DNA of 64,000 nt from Balanoglossus misakiensis (taxonomy: Eukaryota > Animalia > Hemichordata). The position numbers and the translations under genes are program-made. The notes under the pieces are model-generated. The model saw only the letters and a program-made list of their open reading frames with translations. It searched no databases and had not been told where the DNA came from. The stretch covers positions 10,180,894 through 10,244,893 of the forward strand of contig CM082589.2 in NCBI GenBank assembly GCA_040954595.2, given 5' to 3'. Shown in pieces: positions 11,595 through 22,863 of this stretch. Numbering within the stretch: position 1 is the first letter of the stretch; each line of letters starts with the position of its first letter.

Positions 11595-13209
11595 AAAACA
11601 TACATCAATTGTAAGCCAAACAAGAGAAAACTAGTGAACTTCTTGTCAGCCACATCTTTAAAAATAATTGTGCCGGCTCTGCAAGGTGATCAGGTCCTCA
11701 TTACAGCAGGTGGCTTTGATGGAGAAAATAGGGACAAGAATCTTTTCGTTGGTAGTAATGGAATTGTGTCTGAGTGGGAAGCCAAAAGTTGTCATGAAGA
11801 AGCTGACAGTAGATGCATCCTTCATGCAGTTCAGTCCTCTTACAAGAAAGGTGTTATTTACTCCCCTGATACCGATACTTATCATGTTCTCCTCCCAGTA
11901 CTATATCAACATGTTCAAAAGGAGATATTTGTACAACTTGATAATGATTTATCAAATCTCACTTATTTAGACATGAATCAATTCAAATCAGATTTAAATT
12001 TAGACCCTGATTTGCAACATATTCCCCTCCAATATTTAGGCAAAATATTTCAAACACTGTTCATATGCACAGGTTGTGACTATACTTTGCAGGCATCGGA
12101 AGGAAATCTTTCTACAAGACATTTTTTCAATACTCTGAATTTATAACTAGTGGCACCCTTATACCTGGAACACTGATAGACACAACAGTAGACAGTGTAG
12201 GGAATGGAATTTTCGCTTTCATACGTTTAAAAGGTAGTGTTTATGTTAAGAAACATTTCCAAGCATTTGATGCATCTCATCCTTTTGAACTTTATCGACA
12301 AGTAGCCAGTGTCACTAACAGTCTTAAAGATAACCACATCAAATGGCTTACATATATACGAGAAACAATTTGCCCACGTATCCAGTATGAGGAAGAATGT
12401 ATCCCTTCCTTTGAAGCCCTACAACTGCACTGGAAAAGATCATGCTGGGTCTCTCAGTTATGGTCCCAGGCCGATCAGTGCCATGTTACGTTTCCCTTAT
12501 TCAATAATTATGGATACAGACTAAGCAACGGCGAACTTGATATTATTTAGGACAGTGATGCCAATTTAGAAAAAGTGAAAAATAATTTGGAGTTGCTAAC
12601 AAAAGGGTGTGGCTGCAAAAAGATGCCAACTTGTAATAGCAGATGTTGTAAATGTTATAAGACCCACAATGGTTGTGGCCCTGCGTGTCGATGTAATGAC
12701 TGCAGTAATCCACATAATGGGAATCCTGGATTCTGTACCACATCGAAAAAGTATGGGGTATGCCCAAAATATACAGATAAGTCACCACTATTAGAATCAC
12801 CATCACCAATCACTGATACTGAACATCATAATATGGAAAATAGCATTGATGCAATTTTACAGGAGTCACATGAATTTGACATTTTAAGAGAAGAAGAGGG
12901 AAATATTTACGAGACTGATTCTGACTTTGACGAACTGACTGATGAATATAACTGGACGGAAGAAAAACAAACTGATTATTCAAAGAATGGTGATTGTGAT
13001 TCCAATGATGGTGACTGTGATGACATTTAATGAATCATCAAAGAAATTGATTTGGTCTTTTGGGGGTTGCAGCCCTGTTGTGGTTTCAGTCATACCTTTT
13101 CAATCGCACCCAGTGTGTATGTGTTAATTTCAGACATGGTTACTATAACCGTGTTCCAAACAATCACCATTTTATCCGCTTGACACTGCGGTAACACAAC
13201 GATCACTTC

Positions 13210-13885
13210 TTTGTCCTCTACTTTTTAATATGTACACTTCTCCATTAGGGAAATTAGTTTCTAGTCATGGATGCCTGTATATAGCTTTTATGCAGATGGC
13301 TCTTCATTGTCTTTTACCAACGAGAATGCTCCCAGAATGCTTTATGCGGTACTGGATGTCTGAAAATGTCTTGTGTTTAAATAACGATAAGACTGAATTT
13401 GTTATTTTTTCTGCTACTTCGGGTAATCTATCTGCCAGAGGGATTACAGAAATTCATGTGATGCTCTGAAACCTGTTCATTGTCTGACAATGATTGCACA
13501 GATCTGCCATTCAGTCGCTTTTCATTTGCAGCATATTGCACTTGTCTGTAAATATTTATCTCAAGCCGCCACAGAGCAATAAAGTTCCTGCTTTTGTTGC
13601 ATTTCGAATAGATTTGTGTAATTCACTTTTATTTGGGCTCCCTAAGTACGAGATCAGTCGTATTCAAGTTCAAAATATTGCTGCTAGTTCCAAAATCACC
13701 TTTTACATCAATGCAATTTCAGTTGCATTGGTTACCTGTGTCTGATCGTATTGTTTTCAAGATGTTATTTCTTATTTTTGAATTCATTCATAGACTTGGA
13801 CCATCATATCTGTCTGATATGATCAAATTATATGTTCCAAATCGAAACTTGAAGTCAGCTGATCAGCTCAAACTCTGTCATGTTC
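13210..13885 (+). mobile_element. Old degraded L2/CR1-group LINE ORF2 fragment
   Basis: YTSPLG..., WMSENVLCLNNDKTEFVIF, RIDLCNSLLFGLP, LHWLPVSDRIVFK..GPSYLSD..YVPNRNLKS across several frames. Confidence 0.8.
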
Positions 13886-14729
13886 AGCCCAATGCAATGA
13901 TGACAACAAAAGTCAAAACAAAATTGCTTGCCTTCAGACACAAATATTTATTGCACATATCATCAGCGAATAAAGGGAAATGGTTTCGAAGTTACAGTTG
14001 GCATTTTGCATATTCGAAACATCTACTTATATCCCAGGCCATGATACGGAGAAAAAAAAATACACCAGCTGTGCTCCTCACACGTACGTAGTCATGTATG
14101 GTAAACCTGGCATTCTGTCCATATGGGACCTACATTTGTAGGCGATTGATCGATGTTGTGTCGAAATCAGGCCAGTAATTAAGTTAAAACTTGGCTAATA
14201 TGTTACCTTAGGGTGTTATCCATTATCCAGTAACTGTTTTACTTAAGAATTGCCTTTCAAAGACTGTTTCCCCATGGTAAACTTATCGTTTCACGATCAA
14301 TGCAACACTTCCTGTTACGCAAGCATTTCAAATTAATTTCTTTTCACGGATGTTGGGACCGATATTAGACCTCTCTATCAGGAAAGTTTGGTTACTTTCT
14401 GAGGTCGTTTTCAAATGATTTTTGACACGTTTGTGGACGTCTCTTTCGGGGTCACCAACATACCACCGAAAACACGTTAAAAACTTTTACTATTACCACA
14501 GATTTTCATAAAATTTACGTATGCAGTGAAAAATGGGAATCACTTTCGTAATTTATCCAGCTAACATGGTATTTTATTGCACAACAGAGCGTAAAAATCA
14601 AGTTGAAAATCACCTTGAAAACTGGCCTATTGCCGTCTGTTTGAAAGTTAACGGTCGCTCGCTTGATGAACTTTCATATGCAAATGAGCACCGTGCGATC
14701 TGACTGTGTATATGTACTCCGTGTAGACT

Positions 14730-14765
14730 GAATGGGACCACTGTGTCCTTGACGCAATTTTTTAC
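14730..14765 (+). mobile_element. HINE-family 3' end (subTIR + hairpin + T-run)
   Basis: aatgggaccactgtgtccttgacgcaattttt is the reverse complement of the 10537-10568 motif; a third copy lies at ~15862-15890 on the - strand. Confidence 0.55.
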
Positions 14766-14851
14766 ACTTATCAGGTATATGTTGACTAACACAAGCCAAA
14801 ATATCACCAACTCATCTGAGAAATCTTATCCCAGGTCCTAAGGTTGTGAGA

Positions 14852-15258
14852 TTAATAGAATCTCACACTCCCAAGGACTAGGGGTCATAATTCTGACATG
14901 AGTTGGGGATTTTATGTCCCACACAAGCCGCAGGCGAGTGTGGGACAAAATATCCCTGACGAGTGTGGGAAATATGATCATAGGTCCTTTGTGTATGAGA
15001 TTATATTTCTCACACGGGCACAAATTAGCTAAATTCGTCTTAAAACATTGAATAAATGACTCTTGAATTGTCATCTGGCATGTAGTTTCTTTATCGTGTC
15101 ATTGGATAACATTTAGCGCACGTTATTAAAAAACGCTTTGTCATCCAATCGGCGCTCGCGTCATATACAGCTTTCGATTCAGTGAGTGTGTGGGATTGAT
15201 TTGTTCTCACACTCTGATCCCACACTCTCAGCATGCCAGGAGTGTGAGAATGTATTAA
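14852..15258. mobile_element. Non-autonomous Crypton-like/foldback element
   Basis: Ends ttaatagaatctcacactc / gagtgtgagaatgtattaa; internal hairpin tcccacacaagccgcaggcgagtgtggga. Confidence 0.6.
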
Positions 15259-15575
15259 GATCTACGAGTTTGAAATCTTAGGTGAAGATTTTATCAATTT
15301 CACTGCCAACCATGTAGGGCATACTGGGATATGTGTACATGCCAAAGCACAAACAGTTATGACCTGACAGCTCAGTTTGTAGATCATTTCTACAAATCCA
15401 CAAAGAAACTCAAAGTTTAGAAAAGTCAGGCCTGTTAGAAATATTATAAATATCACTGTTAATACTAATTTCAAAGCCATGTGAATTTGTTCACTTTATG
15501 GAAATTTTTAAAGGAAGGGAGGATTGGTATTGACTGGAATAATTACAACGGATGTTTTTTTCTCTCTATTTTCAG

Positions 15576-15695
15576 ATGTGAATGAGTGTTCAGATTCTGT
15601 TTGTGCTGGAGGTTTTCTCAATGCAGAGGGTGGATTCAGCTGTAGTTGTGGTGATGATGGTTTCTCTCTGAGTGCAGAGCATGTCAATTGTTTAG
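15576..15695 (+). pseudogene. Calcium-binding EGF exon 3 (Cys3->Phe)
   Basis: ttttcag|AT...TTAG|gtaagt, 120 nt; (D)VNECSDSVCAGGFLNAEGGFSCSCGDDGFSLSAEHVNCL. Confidence 0.88.
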
Positions 15696-17552
15696 GTAAG
15701 TTTTTTTTGAGTGGGGAGGGGATAGGTCAACAATGGATTTGCATTTCCTGCTTCAAAAGGGCGCTTACAGAAGTTGTAAGTGACAGACTTTACAGTCAGT
15801 CACCATGTTAAAACAGAAAATAATTAAAAGTTATCAGGCACTTTCCATAGTTAGAAATTTAAAAAAATAGCGTCAAGGACACCTGGTGCTCTCTCAGTGT
15901 GTAGTGGCTGATGAGCAGCATGTTTGGAGAACAGTGGTTTGGTATATGGGTGAAAGGAACAATTTGCAAACACCAAGGTGAAATGCTGAACTGTTTTGCT
16001 CATGTAATATTGAATGAAGCTTGATAAGGTGGGTGCTTGGCAGAGGGAAAAACCACTTGTCAATGGCTCTAATAACTGTTTTAAATTTAGTCTTAAAATG
16101 GCCCGCACACACAAATGGCCTCACACAAATATATTCTGTCATTTCCCTCTCAGATTTTGTATCTTATGTTATACTGATGGAATTCATTGTGTATTGTCGT
16201 ATCAAATTGCACCAGTGCAAGCTATGAGAAATGTGTTTTGAAAAAAAAACAGTGCAAGTAGAAGCACTAGTCTAAACGTGAAAGAAATATATTTTGAAAA
16301 AAAATATCAGACAGCATTCAAGATCAGCTTAAGTGTTTTGATAAAAAGTTCTCCATTTTCAAGTATATAGGTAATGTCATGTGCTGACTATAGTAGTGTA
16401 GGTGTTAGCAAAAAAATACATGAATTGTTCAAACAGAAAGTTCAATCATTTAGTTTCCCCAGTTTATGGGAGCATAGCAGTTGTGAACATAGTATATGAA
16501 ATAATTTTAAAAAGTCATTGCTCTCTGGTCCATCATTTTCGGTAGAAGTGACCTGATTTCACATCAATAGTTTCCCACCTGTCATTTCCAGCTAATTTCA
16601 TGTAGAACAAAACTCTTATACAACATAATGACATTTCTAGAACTTATTTTTGCTGGTTGGGCCCACAGACTAACACTAGTCGTTCTAAAAAGAAACTTCC
16701 ATAACAACCTGTACGCTTGACGCGTTCAAGTCAAGGCACACCTAACCAATTCAAAATATGCAAATTAGAAAAAGACGCATATGCATTATTTGTGTCCCCA
16801 GAGACACACACAGGAAATCAAGCGAGTGCGGCCACTAGCTGGAAGAGCTGAATTCAATGTATTGCCTTACAATGTTCATGATACAGGGGGGGGGGGGGGT
16901 GATGATCAATGAACAGAACAGCGGTCCAATTTCACGCATTGTAGTGCACTGATCGTGGCAAGTTGATCATGGCAAAACAAATGACGATGTTAGATAGCAG
17001 TTCTTCACAAGTTTGACCAATTTGTATGAAAATCGTCTCGCCAAACACAACTGTTTTCTCGCGGGTAGTGAAAACACTGCTGGCTAATCCGTTCCGATTT
17101 CTGTCACTGTTCCAATTCTTCCTCAACACCTCAAAGCTACACACCACCGCCAAAAACATAAAGCTACACACCCCTACTAGAAAATGGTATGAATTCTTGA
17201 CGGACGGAAGTAGTTTGACAGACGGAAGTAGTAGCTCATACCCAACTTGACAGACTCCTCTGTTTACACTTCGGAGCCAAAACAATGAGTTTGTTGTCTT
17301 ATGCATGATATTTTTGGCTTTCAAACACTACCTTGTTAAATGTTATTTGGTTACTACATTGTTTGTTTATCAGTATTCAGTACTGGTACAGATAAACATA
17401 TGATATGACCAAGTTGTATGCCAGATGATATTTATTAAGTTTCACACAATTTTGCTCTCTTGTCGTATATTTTCAAATGTCCACTCAAAGACAACTGTAA
17501 TTCACATGTATTCATTCTAATACATTTTATGATATTTGTGTTTTCCCTGCAG

Positions 17553-17662
17553 ATGACAATGAGTGCGATCAAGCTGGTTGGTCACCATGCCAACGAGTAT
17601 GTTACAACACACCAACCAGTTACCAGTGTGGTTGCAGACCAGGATTCAACATACATGCGTTG
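17553..17662 (+). pseudogene. Calcium-binding EGF exon 4, frameshifted
   Basis: ccctgcag|AT...GTTG|gtgagt, 110 nt (not 3n); (D)DNECDQAGWSPCQRVCYNTPTSYQCGCRPGFN, with the last T-C-V in another frame. Confidence 0.88.
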
Positions 17663-17803
17663 GTGAGTATCTACAATTTGGAGAGAAAGTAAGATGTATG
17701 GGTTTGTACTTAGTGTCTTATACATGTATATGTGACACTGAAATCATATATTGTACAATCAGTCATTGGTAAATGTCGGCTATTCATGACACAAATCAAC
17801 ATA

Positions 17804-17988
17804 CAGTCAAACCTGTTTGAGTGGCCACCTCTATTAGGCAGCCACCTCTATATAGTGGCCACTTTATTCTAGTCCCTGTGCAATTTACATCTACATTAAT
17901 TGACTTTCTACAAGGTATAATGGCCACTTATCTATAAAGGCCAGTTTAGAAAAGTCCCTTCACTAGCCATAATGAGCAGGTTTGACTG
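17804..17988. mobile_element. Tc1/mariner-pogo-type MITE
   Basis: ta|cagtcaaacctgt ... caggtttgactg. Confidence 0.7.
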
Positions 17989-18446
17989 CTGTTGTGTTGA
18001 TTTCTGTCTTTTTTACGTGTAACACAATCATGACATTTTTCATAAAGAGGGCAGCCTTCCAAAATAAAGTGTCATCTCAATGCAGACAATGTGAAAAAGG
18101 CGGTCAGTAGAGTACTGCTCGAGCTCATCTAGTTTGTTGTATACATGATACAAGTTGCGTGTAAAACTGACCTTACAATAAAATGTGGCTGTCGAACATA
18201 AGTCCCAACTATAGTGTTGATACACAAGACAATCAAGTTTTTACTTTGTGACCAACTGGCCTCATGTTTGCATCTTGGAAGGGTAACATGACTGCATAGC
18301 AATGTTTTATTAAAATTTGGTACATAGAGAAATGGACTACTGTGACAGTATTGACTCTGGGAACTATGTAGATGATGCCCAGCCTAAAATACTGACTCTC
18401 TGCAATTATATTTTTTAGCATTTTTGTTCAATTGCACTTTCAAGTA

Positions 18447-18616
18447 CAGTCAAACCTGTCTAACACCAAAGGGACTGAAGAAATTGTTCAGATTGCAGGT
18501 GTACAATTTAAAGAGGTTCTTTCAACATGTGGTTCTATGTCAAAAGGTTTGAACAATGTCTTTGAAATAGACAGGTTTCCAGATTAGACAGGGTTCGGTT
18601 GAGACAGGTTTTACTG
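18447..18616. mobile_element. Tc1/mariner-pogo-type MITE
   Basis: ta|cagtcaaacctgtct ... agacaggttttactg|ta. Confidence 0.7.
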
Positions 18617-19730
18617 TATTTTGATACATGCTCTGGCTTAACCCTTTCACCACTATGGTTCAGTCTAAACCTTTTATTTTCTATGGTAAGGTTGGATCTT
18701 TAAAGAGGAAACTGTTTTTTTCTGAGAATCTATTTATTTCCTCTGTCACAAAAATTGCATGGGAGTTCTAATTCTAAAAGGAAAACTGATTTGATAAAAG
18801 ATCTCAAAGTCAAGTTTTGGATGTGGCTCCATTTCAAGTATTGTAGGTGACTAGTTTTTCCGGAGTTCAAGTCTGTATACTTGCAGTAGAGTTTGTCACA
18901 TGGACTTGGGTAATCTGAGTGAGGTCAGAAATTGAACTTACACACATTTAGTTGAGTTAAGAACATGTCTGGTGTATTACTGTAATATGACTAGATACTG
19001 CAAATGCCTTAACTATAAGTGTATGTTAAAATACAGTTTCCATGGACAAATGTGAGTGATGAAATTAAATACACATGTTCATTAAAATCCACCATGATAG
19101 AGCGCCCCCACTGTTCAGAATGTCCATTTTGAAGTCCTACATCTATGACGTCATGCCTAGCTGTCAATGTTAACTGATGTGCACTTGTACTACTAGTAAA
19201 TGGAAGTACTTTAAAGTAAAGCTCAGATGCAAGGTTTTGTAAAATAAATATAATATTAAAACGTTGCCATCATTTTAGTCCTTTGGAACAGCTGTCCTAT
19301 TGACTAATGTGATCACTCTGTGTACGGCATATGGCATATTAAGCATTTAGTATTTTTCAATCAGAAACCGTTAATCCTGTGATTAATTCTTCTTCTTGCA
19401 ACATTGATTTTAAATCACCACACATGAATATTTTTGTCCAAAGGACTGCGATGCCCAAGTTTTTTTATGATAAGATAAACAAACAGTGAAATTCAGTGAA
19501 GAAGTGAGCGAGCACTTGCCCATTCATTGTTCAATGAAAGGTGACCGCCAAAACAAAAGTATTGAGAAAATAACCCGAAGTTGGAGTTGCTGAGTTTTAA
19601 ATTGATTTCAATAATCTCCCAAGTGAAAAGCTTGGCTTGGCTGAAGCTCCTGTAGTCATGTTACATGTAGGTAGATTGACACAGATGACAATGTTTGAAT
19701 GTTTACACTTTTCTTTGTTTGATCTTTCAG

Positions 19731-19982
19731 AGGAATATTCAAGCACTGCAGAAGAATCTAGAGATGGCACAGAAAAAAGAACTTGAATTGAAACAACAGC
19801 AAGATCAACATGCCAGACAAAGTCAACTCATAGCTCTAAGACAACAACATCAACAACAACAGCAATTACAAAGGTTACAACAAGAGAGAGCCCAACAATA
19901 ACAACAACAACAACAACAAGCAGTGCAAGCACAGCCATCCAATATACAATCAACAAATCAACAACTAAAACACCTCTTACAA
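19731..19982 (+). pseudogene. Coiled-coil/poly-Gln exon (phase 0-0) with nonsense codon
   Basis: atctttcag|AGG...CAA|gtaagt, 252 nt; RNIQALQKNLEMAQKKELELKQQQDQHARQ...QQ*QQQQQQAVQ...LKHLLQ, TAA at 19899-19901. Confidence 0.8.
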
Positions 19983-20230
19983 GTAAGTTGTCATAATAAT
20001 GTGTACAGTGAATATTTTGAAAACCAAGACTGGTACCAGTGGCACTTCTGGGAATTGTTATGTGGGGAAAAATGAAATCAGTTTTCTCAAAAAGGAGCTT
20101 TCTTGATGGTACAAATAACATGGTCTGTGCCATTCCCAAAATGATTTTAATGTATTGAAGACCTGACAGTCACACAGAATAAATTCAATGAACTATTTGC
20201 CCAACATGACAACTTTTCCCCACACAGATT

Positions 20231-20285
20231 TAGACGTGGTGGGTATGGCTGATTTGCCTCAAATCGGCCATACGCACCACATCTA
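20231..20285. repeat. ~55-bp near-perfect hairpin, probable core of a foldback element
   Basis: tagacgtggtgggtatggctgatttg-cct-caaatcggccatacgcaccacatcta. Confidence 0.6.
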
Positions 20286-21547
20286 TTAATATTCATGATT
20301 TTACTTTTCATGTTTATGTACACTCTTATAACAATAGGAAATCTAGAGAATGGCTATTTCATCAAGTTGACAACCCCCGCATGTGTAAGTCATGTACATA
20401 AACAAAAATAGTCTGGTGTGTGGAGCCTCCTCCCTTTTTACAGGAAGTACTTTCGAAAAATGTTTATGCAATCAGTTCACACTCATGATCAATTTTGTGT
20501 CAGAATTATTGTCCAAGTCAGCATGCCATAGATATATTGATGAAATAAACATTGGGACCAATAGGATTAAGGGAGGTGTGACTGGTCCAACCTGTTCAGT
20601 TTTAGTGTGGGGGGAAAAGCTGGAAGGAAAGCAGACCTAAATTACTGACAAAGAAATACAACAAATCTTGTCTCATTCTTATTTTCAATTCCTCTAGTTT
20701 TTCCATGGTACCAGTGTGGAAGCACTGATGATAACCTCTGACAGACAGTTTTAAATGACGACAATCATCTTACTCTTATGCACATATGCGTTAATTTTGT
20801 GTGTACAAAATAACGTCCAATCCAAATATTCTGCACAATTTTATGTGCGTGCATTCATATAGTGGACTGCCTTCGCTTCCTTCTATATTTCTTGCATGCC
20901 AGATAAGAAGAATTTAGTTTTGTTTCTTCTTTTCACTCAATTTGCTGTCTTTTCCTAATCTATGACACAGACTATGGTTGCCGCCACCTTGTCTGTTGTT
21001 AAGACAGCACTTGTGGCATAGATAACAATTTTGTAACTAGAGTCTCTGCTTTGGCAAATGTGTGTTAGATGAACATTACACTTTAACAAAAGTCTGCTTA
21101 GAATTTAAATCATATTCTCTTCAAAATGTCTGCATCTGAGAACATGGTGAATTAAAGCTGCAAGCAGTGTTCACTGGGCCCAAGCAATTCCCAGGGTTCC
21201 TACAGAATGCTAAGGATTATCTGCTGTAGATACCCAAAATTTTGTCAAAAAGTTTTGATCCTAAACTGATCTATGTCCTACAAAATCTAAACTTCTAGAT
21301 CTATTGGTTAGCCTAGAATTAGGAGTGTACATAATTAATTAGGTCAACAGGGGTCTTGAAACTAACCATCAATTTTAGACACAGCCTAAATCAATTTCCC
21401 ATTGTACAGTAACTAACTATATGCCGCCCTAAATTTCAGTCTGATTGACAAATGTAAAGAAAATTAAAAAGAAGTGTCTCCTGATACATTGCCATTTGCT
21501 GTGAAGTGACTTTAAAAGAAAACTGTTTTGTTTGTATTTAACTGCAG

Positions 21548-21796
21548 CAGCAGCAACAAGCCAGCGGAACAAAAGCAACCATTCCACCACCACAACAACA
21601 AACATGGCAACAACAACAACAACAGCAACAGTTATCACAACAACAACAACAACAGCTGTAACTAGGACAACAGCCACGGCCGCGACCACAGGTACCTCAG
21701 ATGGACTTGGCACCCAGCATGCAACAAACACTGCAACAATCATGTAGTAATCTGCTGGCTGTTGACATGAGTCTTTTTGATATTCCGAATCAATAA
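21548..21796 (+). pseudogene. Terminal poly-Gln coding exon with nonsense codon
   Basis: tatttaactgcag|CAG; QQQQASGTKATIPPPQQQTWQ...QL*LGQQPRPRPQVPQMDLAPSMQQTLQQSCSNLLAVDMSLFDIPNQ*, internal TAA 21658-21660. Confidence 0.7.
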
Positions 21797-22284
21797 ATTC
21801 TTACAGGAAACTGACTATAATGAACAGGAGACTGTTCATGCCTTCATTACCGTTGTAACTTCTATATACTAAATGAAACCCAGATGCCCAAAGAAATGTC
21901 AGAAAATTCTCAAGGTTTTTTCCAGACAGTCAAGTATTGGGGATTTGGAATATTTATCACTCTCATTTACTGTATACAGACATATCCATTCCAAAGCTAT
22001 CACCTCCACTCATTCTTCAGTGTTCCTTGATTTAAAAAAAAAAATTTAAACAGATCAAATAACACGAAATTGTTATTCCAGTGTAGTAACATAATATACT
22101 CGGTCTGTACTAATTCTTGCATTAGCTTTACATTGTTTCCATCATAATGCCTTATTTCAATATAACCATATTTGTATGCTGGGAGGATGTAACTAGTTGT
22201 CAGTGTCTATTGTAATACAAAGTATGCCATACACAAAGCAACTGTGCATTGTCTTCTGGTGTGAAAAAATGATACTTAGGATGT

Positions 22285-22490
22285 ATGTAAAATGGGAAAT
22301 TTTCATGAGAGATAAATTCGCCCGAATCATGCAAGTGCTAAAAAAACACGAAACTAAAAAGTCGCGTAAACATGTTTTTCAGAAATAATGATGAATTGAA
22401 ATTCGAGAATGCGAAAATTAATCGTTGCATAACAGTTGCCACATTTGATATTATGAAAATTTCCCGTTGCGAAAATTTCATGTTTTACAG
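22285..22490. mobile_element. TA-flanked MITE (TGTAAAA...TTTTACAG)
   Basis: tgtaaaatgggaaattttc ... gaaaatttcatgttttacag|ta, with internal cgcg/gcgaaaat repeats. Confidence 0.6.
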
Positions 22491-22863
22491 TATATAGCCA
22501 TATTTTTTCCACTTCCAAAACTAACATCAAGAGTGATGCATGCCACTGGCCCAATAAAGCCTGATAGCTCTTGCTGGGAATTGTGATGTAACTACCATCC
22601 CCCTTAAAGTCACTGACATAAACTGAACAATGGCGATTGTGTGTAAGGTTATAGTAAAGGCAAGGCTAATTTAAATTTAAAATGGTACCAATCCTTAATC
22701 ACACATATGTATCCTTTGACCAATCATTGGAAAAACAAAGTCCGTGATTGACTTCAAAGTAATGCTAATTACATCACGATTCCCTGCAAGGGGTATCATG
22801 CTTTATTGGGCCAGTGGCATGCATAGTTTTTTGAAAGCAAAGCAGATAAAATACAGCTATATA
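22491..22863. mobile_element. Foldback MITE
   Basis: atgcatgccactggcccaataaagc (22536) is inverted at 22800-22824; outer arms tatatagc / gctatata. Confidence 0.65.

Larger units (their letters stand above)
3965..13030 (+). mobile_element. Disrupted AcademX-type DNA transposon ORF (Zn-finger-like N-terminus, DDE transposase, XPG/FEN1-like nuclease, C-terminal Cys-rich finger); termini not resolved
   Basis: Collinear motifs across ORF fragments: CxxC..CxxCY (3965-4234); IDNIDK..FHGTS (~5190-5270); VVGDGKT and IGDWH (~8050-8150); ALDEAHEMCVNK (~10240-10275); HEEADSRCILHA, SPDTD, TGCD..FAGIGRK (11790-12105); IPSFEALQLHWKRS..W; CGCKK..C..RCCKC....CGPACRC..C (12608-12705); acidic tail. Many stops and frameshifts. 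Confidence 0.85.

Noticed and set aside
11634-12146. Host FEN1/XPG/EXO1 repair gene
   Set aside because: It is intronless, collinear with transposase motifs and disrupted, which fits the Academ nuclease module.
12575-13030. Stand-alone tesmin/CXC or metallothionein-like gene
   Set aside because: It is in frame with the upstream XPG-like region apart from one TAG (a likely Trp codon), so it is the Academ C-terminus.
16932-17324. 130-aa minus-strand ORF
   Set aside because: No recognisable motif; it contains short internal duplications and resembles the non-coding interior of a DNA transposon.
162-21660. All three Gln-rich exons have an in-frame TAA in Gln context (162, 19899, 21658), suggesting TAA=Gln recoding or readthrough
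   Set aside because: CAA->TAA is the most likely nonsense change in poly-Gln, and the same locus also has a TGA, Cys losses and a frameshift, so ordinary decay explains it.
21429-21747. Thr-rich (+) and Val-rich (-) ORFs resembling mucin or membrane peptides; likewise 19828-20139
   Set aside because: These are alternative frames of the (CAA)n poly-Gln exons.
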